From positions 145,390,001-145,454,000 of the forward strand of contig OX597816.1 in assembly GCA_951406725.2 (NCBI GenBank): 64,000 nucleotides of DNA, given 5' to 3'. Both the position numbers and the translations under genes were made by a program. Positions 25,934 to 39,185 of this stretch are shown one piece after another (the first letter of the stretch is position 1; every line of letters starts with the position of its first letter). This DNA comes from Octopus vulgaris (taxonomy: Eukaryota). The notes under the pieces were generated by a model that did not search any database, was not told the origin of the DNA, and worked only from the letters and a program-made list of their open reading frames with translations.

Positions 25934-28749
25934 CATTAGTGTGACATATCGGAAATGTCATCTGAAAATCTTGCCTACTATCCGCTAGTATAATTTATGT
26001 TGCACCGCATTAAGTGGTATGCCAAATAAACAAGAGGAATATATGATAGCTTCTTGTATCTCTTGAACACATTTCCGCTTGGTTCATGTGAGTGTCTTAA
26101 AAGCAACAAATACCTAAACGCTACACTTAACTATTAATCTTGGCGAGGAAATAACATAGGTCAGTGATAATATTGAAACCATTGTGGCAGCCAAAATATT
26201 TTGCTTTACAGACGAGCTAGGGTACATGCCATGCGTATTTAGTCCACATAATATGAGATCTCAATAAAAATTTACTTTTCAAATTTTAACCACAGGCATA
26301 TATGGGGTCATAATAGTACGGCATTTGCAAAACGATGATACATATAAAATTTATTACATAATAAATTATATTAAACGTTATCACAAAATCATTACAACTA
26401 AGCTAAGCTATTTATGTTTCCTGGAAGGCAAGGTTTTTGAATAAGTATTCTGTATCGTTTTATTTTGAGGAGTGATGGAGAAGCTTCAAAACGCCGACGG
26501 CTGCACACACACACACAGACACACACACACACACAGACACACACACACACACAAACACGTATATAAAGGAAAACTCGCACTTGCACACAAATGCACACGC
26601 ACAAACATATACAGACATAGAAACACGCACATGCATGTGCACGTGCGCGCGCACACACATACATATACACACAACACACACACATGCACACAGACATATA
26701 TACATGTATATATATATACATATACTGCATATATATACGTATATACGTATACTGTATGTATATATATACATATATATACAAACACATATATCTATCTATA
26801 TATATAAATACACATATATCTATACATGTGTATATACATACGTATCTATATATATATATATACATACATATATACATACGTATATACATATATGCATACA
26901 CACACACAAACATATATGTATATATAAAGGCTTCAAGAGGTTGAAGTTCAACCTCTGACTGGGTTCCAACCACTCGACTCAGATCAATGAGGATCGATTT
27001 AACAAGCTCATCCACATAATTCTACTACAGTCATCTAAGAAATTGGTTGAGTTGGTAGGATGTTGTCATGATACCATGCCCGTCACCTTCATTCGAGAGG
27101 TGATGTCATAGGTACCATACACTCCAAAGAAAGGGAAAAAATCACCCCAGCTCTTCTATTTCTATCGATCTGTTTATATGTCGCATAGACACCGGTGAGG
27201 AAAATAAGGTGAGTTTATTTTAATATGAAGCAGTGAACAGAATGGCTAAGTCTTGACCGAACCACCCCCTCACATCGAGCTGCATCGCCGCAAGACAGGA
27301 ATCTTGAAATTAACCGCCGTGAGTGCAGAGCCTTACGTTCTACCAATAGATCTGTTCAACTAATTAATCCAAGTGATACAACCCGGCCGGCGATACATCG
27401 TGCTTCTTTAATGCCACAATGTTTGCTACCAGCTCATTAGTTCTATTAAAGATGCTATTCAATAACTCAGTTGAGATGCACTGTACTTTTTATGATTTAG
27501 CATTCTCAGATTATGATGCGAAAATATGAAAGCTCATAAAATCATAATAACGTTCAAAATTATCAAAATTATCTTGACAGCGTATCAGTGACCCAGAGAT
27601 CTGCTTTAAAATCATATCACCGATACAAAACTTTAACAAAATTGAAATTATTGGCCCTCATGAACTGGAAATAATTTTTGCACTGACTGGATAATCTAGC
27701 AAAAACCCAGAAATGTTAGATACCCCTTATTCTTATGTATGCTTTGGTGAATGATGTTCCAAGATGTCCGATGTATGAAATATCTTCACTATGTACTCTA
27801 TATATGAGTGAGCAATATAGGGATGATAATATTCTCAACGTAATAGCTATGTATACTAACCGCGACAAATGTATGCTGCATGCTGGGCATTCGAGATACA
27901 TACCGCACACCTATATCACATTGCACGCAATTTTCATTCCGACTACTTCACTTACATAGTTTGCTTCTTACCGAGGCTACTACAGAAGCCGCTTACTCAA
28001 AGTACAATGCAATAGGGCCAAAGTCGTATCCGCGTTTTTGAGAAGCAGACGTTTTCTCCATTCAACGGATCCAATAATAAATCTTGTATAGAGAGAATGT
28101 CTTTTAAAATCTATCTGATGGTATGCAAGTGAAATTGTTATGCAATGCGAAATGGTGATTTTGTAAGAGGATTTCGCTAACAATATAGGGAATGCTCTGT
28201 CACGAAGATATATATATATATATATGTTTACTTCTTTAGATAATATATTTAGAATGAACACCATATTGGTTATGGACTGGAATTTTTAGGTACATCATTA
28301 AAATTCATTGAGTATGCATGGCAAAATATATTGCTAAAATACTGTGATATACATTTCCAACAACAATGAAAAGTAATTCTTAGTATTAACAGAAATATCA
28401 TGCCACACACTTACATCTAACAAAACATAGCACAATGACTGACATATACACACTTAACACGAATGGTTTCAATGCAAAAATATATGTTTAAATTCAAATT
28501 TCACTTTACCTCATAAAATACATAAAGTATAGTGAGATAAGTAGAATGCTTAATTCTTTCGATTTTTCCTGCTATATTTATCTTTCAGTAAAAATTACGA
28601 AACCACGTGAAAATCACAATAGCTATATTACGAAGAAAAGAATAATTTTTCAATTTAATAAAATTCTGTTTGACAAACAAATGGAACCATTTTCTTCGAT
28701 AGGGCTGCGAGATTTATTCATACATATAGAAATATTTGGAAAACCCCCC

Positions 28750-28975
28750 AAAATAAAGGTTTCGAGTTTTGAGACAAGGCCAGTAATTTTACAGGAAGAG
28801 TGTTAGTCAATAACATCTAAACCAGTGCAAAACTTGTACTTAATCTATCGATCTCCAAAGGATGAAAAGTGAAGTCATTCGGTAAATTTTGAAGTCAGCC
28901 CCTAATGAGTCGGACGAAACACTGAAAAACATTTTGTCTACTGCAATAATGATTGCGCTTGTTCATAACCTTAGC
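28750..28975 (-). mobile_element. Degenerate SINE (Meta/MESC-like family)
   Basis: GTACTTAATCTATCGATCTCCAAAGGATGAAAAG matches the reverse complement of the family core. Confidence 0.65.
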
Positions 28976-31900
28976 GTCATAAAATTATGAAATCGAGATA
29001 GCATAAAATTGATATAACTAGCAAGCAAAATTTTAGAGAATTTTTATAGAGAAATAGCAGTCATAGAAGAGAGAAACCTATATACAATTATGAAGTGATA
29101 ACCTTAAATTAGACATAAATCTTGCGTAAATCATTGGATATGGGTGAGAGCTGGAAATTGAACAAGTATTAAAATCTAATGAAGTATCACGTTTTCAGAT
29201 GATTTTACCATATTTCAGCAACATGTGAATAATTTCAGATATTGTTAATATAATAGTCACAAGCAACGTATTAATGGTTTCATTTCTAGTAGGTTGATCA
29301 AGATTTTACGTAGAATATATCACCACTACCAATCTGTATATTCATAAAATATACAAACCTAAATTTTTTAAGTGTGCATCACAGAAAGATGGGTGGGGCA
29401 CAGGTCATTTTATATAAAATCTGACACAAACGTCTGGAATGTGAGATAGAAACCAGATAGAGAATGTACGCTATAAATGCACAGCATTAATGGTAATGAT
29501 GCATTTCTTACTAAAAGTAAAGGAAACCGCAGTTCGTGTCTATCATTCCAAGACAGGACAGACAATCTCAGGGTGGTCCGCAAAATTCGGTCCTCTAGCT
29601 CTTATTCATATGTATTGACCAACTGAGCAAAGTGAGGGGACAAGAAGAAATTCCTCTCCACCCCATCACAAGATGTCCTGTAGTGTAGTCTAAACGGACA
29701 CCACGTATTTGCGAAAAATTTATAAGTATCACGCAGTCTGCATACAAAAAATTCAAATATATAGCAGCTCTTGAAAACAAAATGCAGTTATAGCATTTGG
29801 GAAAGCGTAATATCGTGTACGTTAATTGGCATCCATGTCAAATGTCTAGCCTGTATTCATGCTCAATATCTGTATATGATTTTCGAGAGCAACTGTATAT
29901 ACCAGAGTATGTGAAACCATCTTGGCTTCAGATACTTCGATGAAGAATAGTAAAACTTTCCTTTACTTAGTTATTTCAGACAAATAGCTGTGGGATTCGG
30001 TTAACTAAATTCGTTTCAAAATTATTAAGTACAGAGCTATAAATGTCACTAATAAGTAACGCATTCATTCCGAACAAATATCGAAGAGAACATTTTTTAA
30101 CTATACCTTATTCTTATTGAATTTTACTACCATAAACTCATACCGGGTTATCAGACTATTTATCAATACCAATGCGTAAATTCTGCATTAATTCAAATAT
30201 CAAACGCATGTGGATAAAAGCCTTGCACAAATCTGTCGTAACGCGAAACTTTGTAAGAGATATCCCCAAACGCTGAATGCATTGTGAACAGAAGCAGAAC
30301 AGTTAAGTCGAACGGATAAATGGTAGATCATAAATTATTAAAGGATCATCGAGATTCGATGATCAAAATGAAGATACACATATATGTTTACACACACGCG
30401 CGCGCGCGTGTACATACACAATTATAAATATGTATATAAATGTATATGTGCCTGTGCATGTGTATGATTATGTATGCGAATGCATGTCTCCTTCTGTGTG
30501 TATAACATATTTGTATACTTTTAAGAAATGGATTTGCGTTCACGACCAGTGAAGTTTTCCGTTTTATCTTTCCTCTTTTCTATAATTTTTTAAAAGATAA
30601 CATTAGGATTGACATTTTCAGCTATTCTAATTCTATGTATGTTTGTATGTATGTATGTATGTATGTATGTATGTATGTATGTATGTATGTATGTACGTAT
30701 GTATGTATGTACGTATGTATGTATGAAAAGAAAAAAAGCGCAAATAAATAATAATCTTATTTTCTCATGTTTCATAACACCAACTAGAGGAAGAGGAACA
30801 CTAACAAATACAACAAAATTATTATTGTTGTTATTATTATCATCATCACCATTAATAATAATAATAATGACGATGATGATGATGACGATGCATCAGTAAG
30901 TTTTTGTAAATCTTCCAATAGTTCAAGAAATTTATATAATTTGCACAAAGCGAAAGTATTAGGAATGTTAAAGAAAAAAATGTATTTTGAAAAAGTAGAA
31001 GTTTATCATGTTTTTGAAATGGCTTCTGCTATTACACGATCGAGGTAATATTCCTGTTATGCAAGCAAAATTGTCTTTGTGATAAATTAAAAAAGAAACG
31101 TATATGTAAAAAGAACAGCAAACGAAAAGAATGTAGCACGAAAACAACATTTAGAATAATGTAGAAATATAAAAAAAATTAAATCTGAAAATATAAAATT
31201 TGTGGAATAGAGGATATAAAAATATGAAACACCAGTCTTGTAAAAATAGGAATAAATTAATTTAACTTATTTTTGTATTTTATTTTGTTAGTTTCTCTCG
31301 TGTAAAGATGTCAATTCTCTGTGGTTAAACAGTAGAAAGCTTTTGACCAATATAACTGAAAACACCATAGTTTTGAAGAAAGATTATTGATTACTGCATT
31401 GAAAAACTTGAAGCAAAATATTTATTTATTTCTTAGCTATAAAGTATGTGTATGCGTATAATTACAAGCCGAGTCTACCAAACGACTTAAGCGAAGTATT
31501 TTGACTTACTCATCATGCTTGATATTCTAAGCTAAAATTCTTCAATTGAAATAGTGTTTGCCTTTCCGTAGGTCACCTTTGCTCGTACCCTATACAAATA
31601 TAATGGAATTAGTCGAAAGCATAAAGCCTAATATAATTTAAGAGATAAAATATTCTACTTCCAAATGGTATTAGTACAGGTTCATATTTTAGTGAACCGA
31701 AATTTGGGTATTTGTTAAGGTAGAGGAATCATATATAGCTGTATTGTTTAATCTTTTGTTTAGCCTGCCTGAATGATTTCATTTCCCTTTAAGATCCTAG
31801 ATAAAGTGATATAAGCATGCAACAAATATTTCACATGCCTGCAAAAGAGAAGTAGATTAGGCAACAAAATATCTGAAACTGGTGCGTAAGACAGCCATAG

Positions 31901-32099
31901 ATTTGTAATAAGTATAAGTCAAACCTTAATTAAAAATATATAATGCATATAAAGTGACATGTTCTACTTACGCATAGAACTATACTATTTGTTTGATTAC
32001 ACAGAAAGCAAGTTCACTTTAAAAAAAATATATATGCATGTCTTCTTGCTTATAAACATTGAGTAGATAATCTTTTATTTGTTTCATTCATTTGACAGA

Positions 32100-32420
32100 G
32101 GTCTTTGTAAACCTAATACTTATTCTATCGGTCTCTTTTGCCAAACCACTAGATTACGGTCACGTAAACACACCAGCATCGTTTGTCCAGCGATGGTGTG
32201 AGTACAAACACAGAAACACAAACACACAAAGACACACACACACACATATATACATATATACGACGGGCTTCTTTCAGTTTCTCTCTACGAATTCCACTCA
32301 CAAGGCTTTGGTCGGCCCAAAGCTATAGTAGAAGACACTTGCCCGCAAGGCAGTGGGACTGAACCCGGAACCATTTAGTTGGGAAGCAAGCTTCTTACTA
32401 CACAGCCACGCCTGTGCCTT
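32100..32420 (-). mobile_element. tRNA-derived SINE (same family as 12243-12645)
   Basis: GACGGGCTTCTTTCAGTTT...GGGACTGAACCC...CACAGCCACGCCTG. Confidence 0.85.
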
Positions 32421-33283
32421 TTAACTTTTACTTATTTCAGTAATTAGACTGCAGTCATGCTTGAAGAATTTTAGACCAACGGATCTATTCCAGTAATTGT
32501 TTAAAGACTCGTACATATACTCTCGGTCTCTTATTCTAATCCGTTAGGCTACGGGGACAAAAACATACCAAAAGACATTGTCTAGGGGTGAGGATGGCAG
32601 ACACAAAGACATATGTATACGCATACACACACCCGCGCACACAAATACACAGAAACGCACATGCACACATACACACGCACATACACACATGCAATCGCAC
32701 GCGCGCACACAAATATATGCAGTTAAAGGTAGGAGCTAGAAATACTCAATATAGAAAACAGTATACGCTCAACTGCTCTCTGTAAATTTCTTTGTCTCTC
32801 TATGTTTCTGTATATGTGTTTATCCTACGAATATATTTATAAATCATTCAACAACTACCGTGGTTGAATATATTCTTAAGTCCACCATTTCGTCAATCGC
32901 AGTAGCTTCCAAGCTTCACCACTAATTCAGTTTTGAATTAAATTGTAAAATGTTGATAGTTTTAAAGAGGACACCTTCTCAGCTACATTTTGGCATAAAT
33001 AGCTTGAGATTTGGTTCAGTAGAAAAAAGTTACATCAAAATATCAAGGGGCAAAGTAAGGCAGATATTCATCTTCAATTAACATAATTTAAAAAATTTTA
33101 AATTAAAAGTATACTTTTCTTAGGTTTAAATGCATGAGGAATGCATGAGGAATTCAGAATCGCTAGCTGTATTGTAGAAAAATCAGTAGAAAAAGAGTTA
33201 TCAGGCAAAATGTTACGAAATTTTATGTCAGTAAGTAAAGATGGAAGGCAGTAACGCTTAAGCATTAAGAATAAAGAATATAT

Positions 33284-34239
33284 TGTTACGAACCTGCCGT
33301 CGCTCAAACTTGAACCCGGGACCCTACTAAGTCGAGCGACGGCGATTGACCAGCTCAGTCGAACGGGAATCTGCCACGCAGAGAGGAAACGGTGGTGGGG
33401 GGATGGCAGCGAACTCGAACCGGTGACCGGAGATAACAACAACAACAGCAGGAAGAGATAGAGAAACGGCGGAAGGCAGTAACTTACATTTAAGAACAGT
33501 TTATACGACTATTACGACATCAAATAAAATGTGATACAAAGCAGATACATTAAAGAAAATAACATGCAACAGAATTAAACAGAAAACAACAAAATCAAAG
33601 GCATGCACGATACAACACAGTCCGGAGACAATCAAAACAAATAATGTTCAGCGCAAACAGTTCAAATCAAAGTCTTTCTCTTTCTTCCTATTCTCTTTTG
33701 ACACAATTCTTTTTAGTTCTTTACAACAGATTGCATCTTACGTCACAATTCTTTCTTTTGCAATTTAAACATAAACAAAACATACCGTTACATTTTCTAG
33801 TTACAAACTCCTACTATACAGCAATCCATGCCTTCACGCCGCAATCTCCCTCACCTCCTCAATCTTCTGTGTATGTTTTTCTCAACGTTGTCTGTCGTTG
33901 CCTCTCGCCATCACCATCCTCGCATCGACTGCTGTCCCTTGCCAACTGACTGTTTCTTCCGGCCCTTTTACTGTCTCAGGCAGAACTGACCTGTTGCCAA
34001 ACTGATCCCGATGCCAACTGACTAACAAACCCAGCTCGTCGCATTTTAAAGGGTGGTTTCTTAAACTTTCCCTGACCGGAAAAGGGTCAGTTGTCTCTTC
34101 CAAACCCATTAATCTCTCCAGAAACCGACAGGACAAAGGCTTTATCTGTCTGCTTGGCGCCAAACCACGAAACCAGACCACAAGCACTCTGTTTCTCAAC
34201 TGACCTCCATATCAATATTCCTAAAATGAATGCCTTACA
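33284..34239. mobile_element. Putative solo LTR or LTR-like insertion
   Basis: GC/CpG-richer ~950-bp island starting TGTTAC and ending TTACA; no clear TSD. Confidence 0.4.
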
Positions 34240-34244
34240 TTCTA

Positions 34245-35165
34245 AGGCATCGAGTTGACAGAATCGTTAGCACGCCGGGCGAATTGCTTAGCAAGTCTGT
34301 TGTTACGTTCTGAGTTCAAATTCCGCCGAGGGGTCGATGTAATCGACTTAATTCGTTTGTCTGTTATTGTCTATCCTCTCTGTATTTAGCCCCTTGTGGG
34401 TAGTAAAGAAATAGGTATTTCGTGTCTTTACGTTCTGAGTTCAAATTCCGCCGAGGTCGACTTTACCTTTCATCCTTTCGGGGTCGATTAAATAAGTACC
34501 AGTTTCGCACTGGGGTCAATGTAATCGACTTAATCCGTTCGTCTGTCCTTGTTTGTCCCCTCTTTGTTTAGCCCCTTGTGGGTAGTAAAGAAGTAGGTAT
34601 TTCGTGTCTTTACGTTCTGAGTTCAAATTCCGCCGAGGTCGACTTTACCTTTCATCCTTTCGGGGTCGATTAAATAAGTACCAGTTTCGCACTGGGGTCT
34701 ATGTAATCGACGTAATGCGTTCGTCTGTCCTTGTTTGTCCCCTCTGTGTTTAGCCCCTTGTGGGTAGTAAAGAAATAGGTATTTCGTGTCTTTACGTTCT
34801 GAGTTCAAATTCCGCCGAGGTCGATTTTGAGCTACAGATTATTTAATTAATTTTTGTAACTAAACACTTTCAAACTTGCAATATTGTTAGAATGTGTCGC
34901 ATAGAACAGGTTTTACTCCTAACATGTTTGACAAAAGTTTTGTATTTTAGAATCGGTATTTCGTCTGTTTTACGTTCTGAGTTCAAATTCTGTCGAGGTC
35001 GACTTTTCCTTTCATCCATTTCGGATCTATTCAATTAGACGTACAGATTATTTAATTAATTTTTGAAACTAATTACTTTCAAACTTCTGATACTGATAGA
35101 ATGTGTCACATAGAACAGGGTTTACTCTTAACGTTCTTGATAAAATATTGTAATTTAGAAGTTAC
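34245..35165 (+). repeat. Tandem array of SINE-derived 182-bp units
   Basis: TACGTTCTGAGTTCAAATTC at 34304, 34429, 34611, 34793 and 34971; a further ~125-bp segment is duplicated at about 34833 and 35042. Confidence 0.92.
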
Positions 35166-36577
35166 TTCATCAGAAGTTATAGCGTGACAATAAACAAATT
35201 CCTATTTGATAAGTGCCAATACAGGAACCTCTCAGCTTTTGACTTACTCTCTAATTTCTCCCGATGATATATATACACATCACAATAATACTCTAGTTGA
35301 ATATTTTAGTTCGTAACTTTTAATAATATTAACATCTTTAACTTAGCGATTACATTACAGGTTTTATTTCTTCACATATATATTTTTTCATTCCTTATTT
35401 TTTTTATTCTTTATCATATGAGGTAAGTTAAACTTTTAGTTTTTAGGTATTTTTAGGAATTTGACCTAAGGAGTGACTGTTTTGGGAGTAAAATCCTTTC
35501 CCCGTTCAAATAAACTTGGATATGGTTTGCTTATATGATTTTATATAGTCCTAATGCAGCCATGAAACACGTGTAGTCGATGTACAAGTACTTTTATACA
35601 TTATATTATTGTATTAAATTTTATTGTTCAATTCATACTTTATTTGATTTTAGATAAATATTTTTATGATGAATGTTTCTTTGTATGTTATCCGCTGTGA
35701 TTTTAAAAGTATTTGCTCTTATATATTATATGATTGTAATAATCTTACTGTTCAACATTATATATTATTAAAACTTTAGATTAGTATTGTGTATGGTATA
35801 TGTCTCACAGCATGGTTTTGGACGGGTTTATTCATTGACTGAGTTGTGGAATGGTGGTTCGTCTCTAAATTAGTTATATATTTATTATATATTATATATT
35901 ACGAAATTCGGTCTAATATTGTTATACTGAATTTTACCTGTAAGTTGGAATAATAATTTATTCCCTGATATTATTATTATTATACACATTACATATATGT
36001 GTAAAATATCTCTTCACGCAGTCGAACCAATGAAAGAGCCTCTACCTGGTCGCACGAAATGCTAAACAAATAGCAGCCAAAATATCCCCTACCTAAATCA
36101 CACGTCCATTGTATGAAATGTCCTAGATTATCCCTAAAAAGACTGTTTTGTGACGGCTGGAATGTCTTTCATGATCGGTTTCAAGTATCAGGGTTCATTT
36201 GAGGTTAAATAACAACAAAATTATGGTCAATTTCTGTATTAACACCCGCACGATTTTCGCTAAGGAAAAAAAATGATTTATTGCGTGGAATCAAGTACTC
36301 TGAACTCCTGATATGCTGCAAATCCCTTATTTTGGTTCGGAAAAATGAGGTGGGGCAGGTTTTCCCTCCAATCCCGGAATCATTGGAAATTTTTTTCATT
36401 GAATGAATTTCTGTGACCTCCTAAGATTGCAAAATTAGGTTACACGAATGAGCCGTCTTTTTTTTTTTGTCTGTCCTTTTAATTGTTGTCGCTATTGTGC
36501 GTCTTTGTATCGTCTACCTGTCCGAATGTTTTAATGTCCTCTAATGCGTTTTTGTTCCATTTTATATCAAAAGCAGT

Positions 36578-36893
36578 CACTGAATGCGAGTCGTGAACTG
36601 AAAGAACAGCTGGAAGTTGATCCGGACCTTTTCTCGAAGGTCATCACTGGTGATGAAAGATGGTGCTACGGAATTTGCAGATATGGAAGAGGTGAAGAAA
36701 AAATGACAGAGGCGTGAAAAGGCACTACTTCGCAAAAGTTCCAGTACTGCTTCGAACAGCGAAAAACGGGTTTGGACCGATGCCATTGCTTGTGAGGGAG
36801 AATAATTTGTAGGTGATAAAAGTGTAAACATATAAAAGTAAGCGAATAAAATTGCATTGCAAAGTTCCGGTTTCTTCTGGGTACACCCACGTA
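36578..36893 (+). mobile_element. Internally deleted mariner element with right terminus
   Basis: DPDLFSKVITGDERWCYG fused to FADMEEVKKK...FQYCFEQ...LDRCIACEGE*FVGDK, then TIR-like end ...GGGTACACCCACG-TA in (TA)n. Confidence 0.8.
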
Positions 36894-37011
36894 TATATAT
36901 ATATATATATATAATATTTTTTAGAGATAGGATTCTCTCTATATATATAGAGTACATCGAAGTGCTCAGTGTATTTGAGCCATAGAGAAATAGTAGAAAT
37001 AATGAATAGAG

Positions 37012-37748
37012 ACAAAACATAGGCTACCAAAATACATTTGTTTTGTGAAATCATTATATGCACCAAATCACGTAGTAAAATATATAGATATATAAACATA
37101 CTCAAAATATATTAAATACGTTAAACTATATAGATATAAATATACATAAATATGTTAAGAATATATTAAAAATGTGCAAGCATATAGTCCTACTTACCTT
37201 TTAAAAACGATATTAAAATATATAAAATATTGTAAATCCATAAAATTTATAATTTGCTTAAAATCCAAGTGTAGAGTATATGGTAAATCCATATAGAACT
37301 TCAAAATCCAGAAGTTTACATTCGACGGTAGTTTCTGAGTGTATACTGCAGCAAAAATGAACTTAAATTCTGTTCAATACCATCGCCTCCTTCATTTGTT
37401 ATGAGACTACATTTGTTATAACAAATGTCATCTTACCTGTCGAATCTTCCTTGAGGAAGGAGGCGGTGGTATTGAATAAAATTTAATTTCATTTTTGCAC
37501 CACTATGCCCCCAGAAACTGCCGTTGGATATAAGCTTCTGGATTTTAAAGTTCTATATAGATTTACTATATATTCTAACTCAGATTTTAAGCAAGTTATA
37601 AAACTTATGGATTTAAAATATTTTATATATTCTAATAGCGTTTTTAAAAAGTAAGTAGGACTATATATTTGTATATTTTTAATATGTTCTTAACATATTT
37701 ATATATATTTATATCTATATATTTTAACGTATTTTAATATATTTTGAG

Positions 37749-37792
<44 letters not shown>

Positions 37793-37853
37793 TACATGAT
37801 TTAGTGCATATAATGATTTCACAAAAGAATTATTTTGGTACCATATCTTTTGT
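37012..37853. mobile_element. Fold-back element (arms 37012-37393 / 37456-37853) with degenerate hammerhead at inner ends
   Basis: Arms roughly 80-85% complementary by eye; TCC-TTGAGGA...GAAA-CTGCCG-TT-GGA at 37448-37528. Confidence 0.85.
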
Positions 37854-38517
37854 GTGTGTGCATGTGTGTGATGGTATGTCAATGTGATCATAAATAGGTA
37901 CATGGGTGGTAGTTTAAAACGTTATGATATTGGTTTTGATGCCACGGTGAGGCACCTGGGGTAAATACCAGCTTTGTGAGTGAATACAATAGAAAGAACC
38001 AGTACAAAATTTTATGTGTGTGTGTTTATTCTTAAGTATATCTGTGCGTGTATAATTCCCGACTGATAATGGTTTCAAATTTCGGCTCGAGACCAGTAAT
38101 TTCGAGGAAAGGGTAAGTCGATTTCATGTGTTTCAGTGCTCAGCCAGTACTTATTTTATCGGTTTTTCACTGTAAAAGTGTATTAATTGTTCACATGAAC
38201 TGAACGATAACTACAGCCTCCGTAATTTTTCACTAGAAATTTCATTAAGAATTTTTCCTTTTTAAATTGTTTACATGCCTGTTGGACGGTTTATTTTTCA
38301 TCATCATATCAGGCAGAAATGGATCTTTCTTGCAGCTGTCATAGTACTTTTGAAATTTAAAAATCAAGTGACAATTTTTAAATTTGGTAGATTGATGTAA
38401 TTTTTCACGCTTCATCTGATTTTGTACTGAGAAAAGTTTAGGAAGACGTTCCAGAAAAATGTTCATTAATAATATGTTATTAATTCATTAACCTCAGGTC
38501 GTCCACTGTTCGGACTC

Positions 38518-38648
38518 ACTCTAAACCCCAACTTTAAGTCCAATCCTAAAGCCTATCTCTAATTCTAATCCTAAACATCAACATTAAACCCTAAACCCTG
38601 ATGCTAACCCTAAATCTTGCACTCCAATCTTAATCATAATCCCTAACA
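38518..38648. repeat. Degenerate telomere-like (CCCTAA)n tract
   Basis: CTAAACCC, CCTAAA, CTAATCCTAA, AAACCCTAAACCCT, CTAACCCTAA, CCCTAAC. Confidence 0.55.
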
Positions 38649-38844
38649 AGTGAATAAGGAAATTAGATTCAGTGCCACAAGTTAAATCAATGTGCCAAAT
38701 TTGAAAATTTTCACTTAATTTTCAAATTTCAAAAAATGTAACGACTTCACGACCAGTATTTCATTACGTCTATGTTAACCATTACAATATAAATTACATA
38801 TATAAATAAATAGTCATGATATACATATAAATGCGCTGTGTAAA

Positions 38845-39185
38845 TCTTCGGTTGCATCATTTTTAATCAAATACCTTAACCGTAGATAGAGGACCGCTCT
38901 GATTTAAGCTTAAGAACTTTACACTAATCAGTACGTAATGACGGACAGAATACCGTTAAGTATTTTGCCCGAACTATTAAAGATTCTGCGAACTTTCACA
39001 TTTTGGTACAAGGCCAGCAATCTCGGCTAAACTTTAAGTCGATTACATCGACTCCAGTGTTCAACTAATTCTTATCTTATCGACTCCGAAATCATGGAAA
39101 TCGAAGGCTACTCCAACAGAATTTGACTACACCACTAAGGATTTTTTCCGTCCCGGTAACGATTCTGCCAGCTCGTCGTCTTATA
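38845..39185 (-). mobile_element. Degenerate SINE pieces (Meta/MESC-like family)
   Basis: GTCGATTACATCGACTCCAGTG...TTATCGACTCCGAAA; AACGATTCTGCCAGCTCG head. Confidence 0.65.

Noticed and set aside
28902-28925. CTAATGA-GTC-G-GAC-GAAAC hammerhead look-alike
   Set aside because: Core G5 missing, 1-nt loop, no UH site or helix I; it lies within a decayed SINE.
34304-34990. CRISPR-like regular repeats
   Set aside because: Units are fully repeated with no unique spacers; eukaryotic SINE-derived tandem.
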